Source: Lepidodermella squamata
Taxonomy: Eukaryota; Animalia; Gastrotricha
NCBI GenBank assembly: GCA_047495785.1
Contig: JBLDXI010000032.1
Span: 1,240,001 to 1,304,000 of the forward strand
Direction of reading: 5' to 3'
Length of the DNA: 64,000 nt
Numbering within the stretch: position 1 is the first letter of the stretch; each line of letters starts with the position of its first letter. A program made the position numbers and the translations under genes. The notes beneath the pieces were generated by a model. It was not told the DNA's origin. It ran no database searches and saw only the letters and a program-made list of their open reading frames with translations. This document shows, piece after piece, positions 56,201 through 64,000 of the stretch.

Positions 56201-56279
56201 GGGCTACTCCTTGCCCGCCAACCGAGCGGTGCTGTGTTGCCAGTAAGCCAACCACCCCTAAAGCTAATAAAGCAAACAT
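53220..56279 (-). CDS. Cys-loop pentameric ligand-gated ion channel subunit carrying two tandem N-terminal L-type (legume/ERGIC-53/VIP36-like) lectin domains
   Basis: Exons 56279-56025, 55971-55848, 55789-55360, 55306-55126, 55071-54945, 54844-54615, 54563-53220 join in frame. Order: signal peptide, two homologous lectin-like repeats, Thr/Ser/Pro linker, then the ligand-binding domain (FWRPSL, Cys-loop CAFDLSKFPFDTQTC) and M1-M4 (KRSPGYYIVNMVVPC, PDRPGISCTIMLSL). Confidence 0.8.
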
Positions 56280-57629
56280 TTTGAACTCTTTTTTGAACAG
56301 CCTGAACCCCGAAACAATCAGCGCCTTCCTTAAATAGCGAAAAAGTAATAAATTATACATTGAGCTTATAGGTCACTCGAGTTCAATCGTATTTTAGTTT
56401 AGTAATTGATTGACTTGAAACAAAAAACTGATGAATAGTTAATAATATCCTTGATGCACCAATTACGGAGGATTTGTCATTGTTTTGTAGTTCAATCGAA
56501 AATTAAAAAAAAAGCATACAAATCTTGGACATCGTTTTTCGACAACGCGGCATACTTCAATCGAAGATTGCTAATCATTCATACGGCGTGGAAGAACTCT
56601 TCAGGCAAAAAAATGTCTCTACTAGTGAGTTCAGTATACCATACCTGGTTGCACTCTCAGGCTGTACTCTCAGATACACATTTTTCCTTTATTTCAACGA
56701 ATTTCGCAGAAAAATTGGGTAGTCTGAGGCGCTGAACATGCTTGGCGCATCAATTTTTCTATTGGGATGATCGATTATCGATTATCGATTACGCGATGAA
56801 TGATTGATTTATGTTCGAATTTTCGTTGCGACAGTTTCTTGTTTGGGGTCAGATGACGGCAATAAAACAATTTGATGGGACAATAAAAGGCATTTTGATT
56901 TCAACTGACAATAATTGGTCAAAAATGGGGCTTTACTGGTGCAACTGGACGGTATGGCTAACGCGCTTGAATCCGATGTCTGTGTATCAGCGCGAATGTG
57001 ACTTTTTCTACGCGGTGAACGCCACCTATACCGCCTGTATCTCCGCTGAAAAACGAAAAAAACCCATTTTATTTGAAAAATTATATGGGCTGAACTGGAA
57101 ACGCAAAGGACTGTCGCATTCGGTTATTCACTGGTCACCAAAATCGTCCTTAGAATTTTTATCAATTATTTCGCTTTCATCATCTGAGAAACAAATATTT
57201 TAGTGTAAATTTTACCCAATACCCAATTTACCCAAAAAAAGATTAGAATATATTATCATGGTTATAGAATTTCTTCCGATCAGCCAATCATACCTTTAAT
57301 TTTGCCAAATCAATTTTGCTTCTGATCATTGCCCGAATCAGATTTCTTTGAGACTGCGCCCGACAGCCTCCCTGAAGCAACCCGACCGCCTTAACGTCGG
57401 CCTGTTGATCCGCCTCGCTCAGACTTTTGCCTAGAAAAAAATGCCGTCGTTCTTGATCTCGCTATTTAGCATGCCTTAACTTCTTGCGGCGCGCTGCATA
57501 TTATTGTTGTATATATATTGTAATTGCTCCGGATCTCCTTTCCTGTCCTCATTGTCGCTCTTGTACAAAGTATTAATACTTAATACCTAGCATGAAAAGT
57601 GGGTAAAACACTTGTTAATAATCCTTTTA

Positions 57630-58310
57630 TTAACGACACCGACCGTGTCGCCGACGGCGAAGCGGCGCGAGTTGGCACGGCCATCTTTCGCCACGCGGCG
57701 GTGGGCTTGGGCGCGGTTGAGTTTCGCGGAGGCATGGTGCCAAAGCGCGTCCAACCGGTCACGCTTGGCGCCGACCCGCTGAACGGGCGTTCCAGTGGGC
57801 GCCTTGAGCGGCTCCGCCTGTGTGCCGGCGAGCAGCTTGATGGCCGTACGGGCCGGGTAACCGCACACCAACTCGTGGGGCGAGACGCCGGTCGCCTCGT
57901 GCACCGCCGTCTTGTAGGCTCGGAGGGCACGCAACACCTGAATGTGCCACGAGCGCGGGTTGGCCTTGTCGATGCCTTGTCGATGATGTCCGCGAGGACC
58001 CTGTGGCTGCGCTCGACCAGGGCGTTGCCGCGGCTGTTGTACCGGCTGGTCCGGAGCTTGCGTATCCCGAAGCTGTCGCAGAAATCCCGCACAGCGAACG
58101 AGTCCACGTTCGGGCCGCGGTCCGTCAGCAAAGCGGCCGACAGCTCGAAGTCGCTGACGAATCGCTCCAGACACGCCACGATGGTTGGGGCTTTCGTGGA
58201 GCGCAGCGGGTAGGCCATGAGCAGCTTCGAGAAAGCGTCGTAAAGCGTCAACAGCCAGCGATGGCCCTGACTGCTCGGTGGCTCGATCGGCCTGTCGGAT
58301 CGGCACTAAG
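57630..58310 (-). mobile_element. Degenerate Ty3/Gypsy-type (rve) integrase fragment
   Basis: WLLTLYDAFSK, LLTDRGPNV, TSRYNSRGNALVERSHRVL, AYKTAVHEATGVSPHELVCG, FAVGDTV. The frame is broken by an 11-bp tandem duplication (gccttgtcgat, 57963-57984). Much more GC-rich than the flanking DNA. Confidence 0.85.
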
Positions 58311-59344
58311 GGCACGGTTGTAGACTGATTCGTCAGCGGGAAGGATGAGAAAAAGCCGAGGGAAGAACCGGTCCTCACGTTCACTCCTCAATTTCATCAA
58401 AGAAATATTTTGTTTGAAACATACGTCGGTACGTTCTCTATGTGTGTAAGGGAACAAAATTAAAATCGAAATTGCTGGAAGATTGAATGATCAGGGTTAT
58501 AGGCACTATCAGCGTCGACGAAACATTCGGCAAGAACTGGTCATTGCTGCCGTTTATCGTAATGTCATTCAGCGGTAACGAAGAAGCCTCCAGTTCCATC
58601 GGAGCAACATCGGATGACTGCGGACTGATCGCTGGCGAGATCACTGGTGTGGACAAAGCTGGTTGAGAACCTACTCGTGATTAGGGATTGAGTTTACATC
58701 AATTGATTTAAGCCGGCAATTTGCCTTAGTGCATCCCCGACCTGTGTATTTTCATACCGTACTCAGAACGGCATCATTTGCCACACACATCGCATGCAAT
58801 AAGAAAGGGCAGTAAATGCCTCGATAGTGTGAAAATCATGTTTCAATGGTATGTAATACTTGGTATCCGGTTATTAGGGAAGATTATTGCTATTAAGTCG
58901 TTCATTTGGGGCTAAGTAGTTCAAAGCATTCATCTCCCTGTAAAAAAGCGTTAAAATCGGCGGCACTCTTCGACGACAAAAATTCGTTGAAATGAGAAAA
59001 TGAGCTATTTTTGCGAAATTTATTTGCTGAATTTTTTCAGCTTCAGGAGGGCGCCAATGCTTGGCCGTTGCACATATCGGCCCCAAAAGTTTCCAGCGTG
59101 AGTTTCCTCTCTTGTACTTCTGTTCTCTATGCCATAAATAATATATTGTTAAATTCTTAAAATCGCAAAAGTTCGCAAAAAACGTTGGTCCAAAAGTATG
59201 AAAGTAATTTTCACAAAATCAATTAACAATCTTCAAAAAGGTCTTCTCAAAACTGTCACATGTTGCCACAGCACGCGCTTTGAATTGGGTGCCAGTCTCA
59301 GTTGTGAGTTTCACATTCTTGAAGTTAATTGCGTAGTGACCAAC

Positions 59345-61893
59345 ATGAGGTGTTTGTTGAAAAATACCCTTAATTTGTTGTTGCTTACTGTCTTTTTCCT
59401 ATCAGCTGATCTCAGTCAAATTGAGGATGACTACGATGCATTCTTCGCGAAATATTCAGTTTCACCCAAAGTCGACGATTTACTTCAGTTTGAGCCAGCT
59501 GTTCGCCTCGACAAACCTCGAGCAATTCAAATCGTTAGCAAAGCAGCACCAAGAAAGCTCAAAACTTTTAGCCGACCTAAAGCAATCTACAACAGGCGAC
59601 ACATTGCTACACCTCGCCGCTCGTCACGGTTCCACGGCTATAGCTAAATTTTTGATCGACCAATCCATCTAGCTTGTTTGTTCGGTCAAGTCGATTTTGT
59701 TAAATGGATTTTGGAACACCCAAATGTCACGGAGGCTGAAACAAATAACAAACAAACGCCCTTATTCTACGCTGCCAGATCTGACTCAATAAACGCGAAT
59801 CGAATCGTCGATATTCTGATGGAAAATGCAGCGAATCTATTTCACGTCGATAAAAATGGTGACATACCCCTCACAATAGCCGCGAATTCCGAAAATAAGA
59901 ACAACAGCGATTTGTTAACAGTGCTGAGTGGGTCAAACTCGGCGAGTGTGAGAGCTGTAAAGAAAGGCGCTATCACAACATCTCACATTATCGCTGAGCG
60001 GAATCGGATTAACTTCTTAGAAAGCCCACGTGGATTGCTCGTATTTGACATAAAGGCCCAAGACGAAAACGGCGACACCCCACTATGCTATGCTGTTCGA
60101 AATGGGCATAACAAGCTTGTGGCAAAATTTGTAGCTAAATTTCAACTTGAGAAACTTCGCTGCAGTTACTTGACGGTGAATCGAGGCCGGCTGGATCAGT
60201 CGATAGGTTCGGGGCTTTTGCTTCACTTGGTGGCTTACCTTCGCAGAACTATGTTCCTGCGTTACTTCAACGACTTCAAAGTCAGAGATTCACGAGGTCG
60301 TAACGTTCTTCACGCTATGGCATTGATGTCTGATGAAGATTTAACCAAGCCAATGAAGACCCTGTCTAGCTTACTTGTTAGGCAATTTCTCGCTGGCTCG
60401 AAGTCTCTTCTTGAAGAGAAGAACAATCAGGGCAGAACGCCTCTGCTGGTGGCGATTTACAACAAGGCTGATCACTTAGCCAACATTCTAGCCGATCAGT
60501 ATCGCGCCAACATTTCTGCTGTGGACAACGCCGGTTATTCAGCTCTTCATCTAGCCCAGACCAGGGCATCGTATGAAAAATGGCTGCCTCATTTCAGGAT
60601 TGTTTCAAAGCCATCTGGCATGACTCCTTTCCTCGTAGGAGTTCAAGAAAAGAAACCAGTTGAATTTTTACTGTTTCTCGGCGGCAGTGGTGCTCATACG
60701 TTAGACGTGAATATTTACAATCAATCTGCGGCGCATCTTGCAGCCAAGTCGAATTATACCGAGTTTTTCGTTGAATTCAATGGCCTGATCGACTTGCATG
60801 GGTGCGACAACAACGGCGAAACAGCTTTACTGATTGCAATCTCCTCTGGGTATTCGGAAATTGCGAGCTTGCTCCTTGCCGTTGATCAAACGCTTCTCTT
60901 CGATATCGTCGATTGCAAAAATGGCGATAAACCAATTCATGCTGCTGTTCGATACTCGAGGCTCGATCTGATAAAACAAATTCTAGCAAATTCCGAGGTA
61001 CGCTCCAAGCTTGATGAGCCAAATGATAACGGCGAGAGTGCCCTGTCAATAGCGATCGATTCGGAAAATCTAGAAGCTGTTCGACTGCTTTCTGACGCCA
61101 ACCCTGCAGTTAAAAATGTTACAGCTGATGGCAGTATCAGATTACGCGGAGGCAAATCTGGAGCGTTCGGCATTGTTGAGTTAACGCTGAACGGAAATTG
61201 GGGAAGACTATGCAGGGATAACTTTGGTTTGCCTGAGGCCCAAGTCGTGTGCCGGCAGCTCGGCTACAAGTAAGCTCTTTTTTACGTATTTTCTAGTTTA
61301 TTGCAAAGTATACGTGAACTTTTTATCCAAACAGCCCGTTGTCGGCCGTTATTGTCAATGGCTATGGCGGAATGTCTTCGGACGAAGACTTTAGTTTTCG
61401 CATTGGCGGTTACGACTGTGCTGGAAATGAGAATAAATGGGTCGAATGCCGATCAACAGGCCGGGTCATTCAAAACTGCAACAACGCTGAAAACGTGATA
61501 ATTGCCTGTGGCGATCAGCCGTATGAAGGAAAAGTTCGATTGACCGGCAAAAACTCAAGAAGTAACGGCGTTTTGGAGATATATCACAACAACACTTGGG
61601 GGCTGGTTTGTGATGACCATTTCGATGATATCGCCGCAAAAGTGGTATGCCGACAACTGGGCTTGGAGTAATTTTTCGCATTTGTCAACTCACTGATTTA
61701 CTATAACTTTTTTCCTTCCAGTTCAACAGATGCTCGTGTTTATCAAGGCAATACCGGTGGCAGTGTAACCCACGTGTGGCTGGACAATGTTAATTGTATT
61801 GGGCCAGAGGCTTCATTAGCAGCGTGTGGATCTGCAGGCTGGGGCGTTCACAATTGCGATATCGACGAGGCAGTAAAAGTAGCGTGCGACTAG
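59345..61893 (+). pseudogene. Signal peptide + long ankyrin array + two SRCR domains, with two apparent frameshifts (pseudogene or assembly error)
   Basis: Starts MRCLLKNTLNLLLLTVFFLSADLSQ. Frame changes near 59512 (AVRLD / NLEQFK) and near 59660 (AKFLIDQ / PIHLACLFGQ). More than 10 ankyrin repeats run to ~61100. SRCR1 is IRLRGG..GIVE..WGRLCRDNF..AQVVCRQLG; SRCR2 is VRLTG..GVLEIYHNNTWGLVCDDHF..WLDNVNC..WGVHNC. Later exons 61335-61667 and 61722-61893. Confidence 0.75.
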
Positions 61894-62348
61894 CGATGAT
61901 CCCCGGTTCCGCTATTGAGATTACAGCCTATGATACAGATAAGATACAGATTATCATTTTTTGTTACGTTCGGTTTTGCTCGTTTTTAGCAACAATTTTT
62001 CTGTTGTGAATAAATATTGCGAATAAATTTACACAGGTCGTGAAAAAGGAGAAAAGGACGTGTGAATCTGACCCAAAAATACAAATATTTGCCCAATTTA
62101 AATTACCCTTTAATACACTGATTTTTGTATATTCTGGACCACTATCGCGCCACCATAATCAGTCCGAGATGCGCAAGTCCTGACTATAAAATTATCGCCA
62201 AGTACACAAATTCGCCAGCTATATTCGTGTTCCATAGACTCATTCACCTTAATCCGCCCCTTAACGCGAAAGATCGCACTTGAATGGTGAGGAACTTCGA
62301 TCCGAACTCGGGCACTCCTGACTGGGAAGGCCGTGTCGGCGTTTTTCT

Positions 62349-62714
62349 TCACGATGTTTTTGAAACCAACAGCTGAGAATAACGGGCAATCTGTTTTACG
62401 ATATTCCCATTCACATCAGCACCTTTCTGAACCAAATACTTGACATCATCGAGCTGCCACTCCGATAGGACGCGCCCCTTCATTGGCAGCGGCGTCGATA
62501 ATAGCACCATTTTCAGGCAGAATCTTGACAACATCTAAATAGCCATAAGATGCCGCGAGGTGTTTTCCCGTGATCTATTCTCGCATTGACGGCAGCTTTA
62601 ATTTTGACCAAGTATTCCAGAACATCAACATGCCTTCTCTCTACACCACTGAATAACGATTTTCCTCCCCGTTCTCTTCCAGATAAATTCGCACCACGCC
62701 CAACCAACAATCTT
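62349..62714 (-). pseudogene. Decayed partial duplicate of the ankyrin gene at 51467-52636
   Basis: Colinear with ~51616-52007 (GANLSGRE, VERRHVDVLEYL, KYLVQKGADVNG.IVKQ), with several deletions and frameshifts. Confidence 0.9.
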
Positions 62715-63051
62715 GGTGAAAATTACTTAAAACTTAATTACTTTACTTCCATGAGGGGTCACTTTGAGACATTAAGGGATCCAAAGCAGAACGTGAGGTC
62801 CGGCTGTAAATGATTCCAGCTTATCTGACGCATAGATAATTCAGCAAATAATGATCTTCGGTCTTTTCGATATTTAAACACCACATACATCCTAATTGAA
62901 CATCTGCTTTCCTTTAATGTCACACATTTGATGTCACAGCTTTGTTGGCAGTGTAAGCAGTAAGAAGAGTTGCAACGTTTGTTTCAAAAAGTTGCATGTT
63001 AGCTCTAAAGTCTCTTCGCAAACTGAATATTTACTTCTATCACGAAAATTT

Positions 63052-64000
63052 ATGGTTGCATCGAAGTATCTGTCGCTTTGCGCCTTAGCAGCACTGGTTC
63101 TTCATTTGTGCAAAGGTGATTTTCAGCTTGATTTGCTAACTACTACTTGCCCAGGGAAAGATGTGATATTATCATCCCAGGCAAATTTTGAATCTTTCAG
63201 CAAGGGCTAATGCAATGTAACCAAATTAAAACGGCCCAACATTCTATGCTATTTTGCTATTCCTCACTGTTACTCCACGAATACACGCATTTTTATACCC
63301 CTAGGTCGACTGCAATCAAAGCGAGCTGCAAACGTCGAGGTTCCAACGTATGATTGCTCAAAATCCGGCGATGTAGAGGTCACGATCGGCGAACAAGTGA
63401 ACAAGCGTGCTCTACTGGTCGCGCATTATAGTGAAATGGAACTGGCTCTCAACTGCACATTCAGGGTGATAACTTCCGCCGAAGGCACTGCTATTTATTT
63501 CCGCCTGAAAGAATTTTTCTCATCGAGTGATCATTGCGAAAATGCTTCTGTTAAGCTGTTTGACGTCGAGTCCGATGAAATTGCGCTTCTCATCAATACT
63601 TATTGCGAAACACCAACGGAAAATAGCGTCAAAGCCTTCTCCACAAAATATGGCGCCCTTACGATTGAAATTCTCGCACTATCTAACGAAACCTTAGCCT
63701 TCGAAGCTGAAGTCTTCCAGATCCCGGCAAATTGCAGTTTCTTCTGTCCGGCCGACGCGAAATGCATTGATGCGGAGAAACGTTGCGACAATCACACAGA
63801 CTGCTTGGATGCCTTTGACGAAGAAGGCTGCGACCTTGATTCAAGTTACGTAGTCGATATTGTTGGGGACCTTTCTGCTAACGATTCTGCTGATTATATT
63901 GCTGCTGATCACGGTAACGGAGACGCCGATGCACCAGTGGTGATCGACCGATCCTACAAGTCTGCAAAAGCCAGCTATTCGCGTTGCGGGTCGCTGTTCA
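63052..64000 (+). CDS. Secreted or membrane protein with a CUB-like domain + LDL-receptor class A repeat (partial, runs off the window)
   Basis: Exon 63052-63115 (signal peptide MVASKYLSLCALAALVLHLCKG) splices in phase 1 to 63305 onward, which stays open to the window end. CUB-like segment LNCTFRV..HCENASVKLFD..TYC..FSTKYGALTIE; LDLa repeat CSFFCPADAKCIDAEKRCDNHTDCLDAFDEEGC. Confidence 0.8.

Noticed and set aside
58438-58656. 72-aa Ser/Pro-rich ORF upstream of the integrase fragment
   Set aside because: No gag or other motif recognised, and it cannot be linked to the integrase.

Overview
Compact invertebrate (bilaterian) genomic window. Most introns are 47-70 nt and GT-AG. In order along the window: the 3' end of a probable Cys-loop channel; a 3-exon secreted Cys-rich peptide gene missed by the ORF track; a His-rich ZnT2/3-type zinc transporter (-); the cholinergic gene locus (VAChT followed by ChAT, +); a CYP2-clan P450; three tandem divergent GABA-B-like class C GPCRs; a Drgx-like paired-type homeobox gene (-); a ~15.7 kb gene-free, motif-rich region carrying an internally deleted Ginger-like DNA transposon; a Kirre/NEPH-like 5-Ig protein; a signal-peptide ankyrin protein; a Cys-loop channel fused to two N-terminal L-type-lectin-like domains; a GC-rich integrase relic; a frameshifted signal-peptide/ankyrin/2xSRCR gene; an ankyrin pseudogene; and the start of a CUB-LDLa gene. 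The best candidate for a new system is the 2x lectin + pentameric channel fusion (53220-56279), a possible glycan-sensing or glycan-anchored ion channel. Next are the Drgx-VAChT/ChAT linkage, which mirrors the human DRGX-SLC18A3/CHAT neighbourhood, and the apparently secreted ankyrin proteins. Exon models were derived by eye from splice consensus and frame continuity. Family calls rest on motif recognition; no database searches were run.
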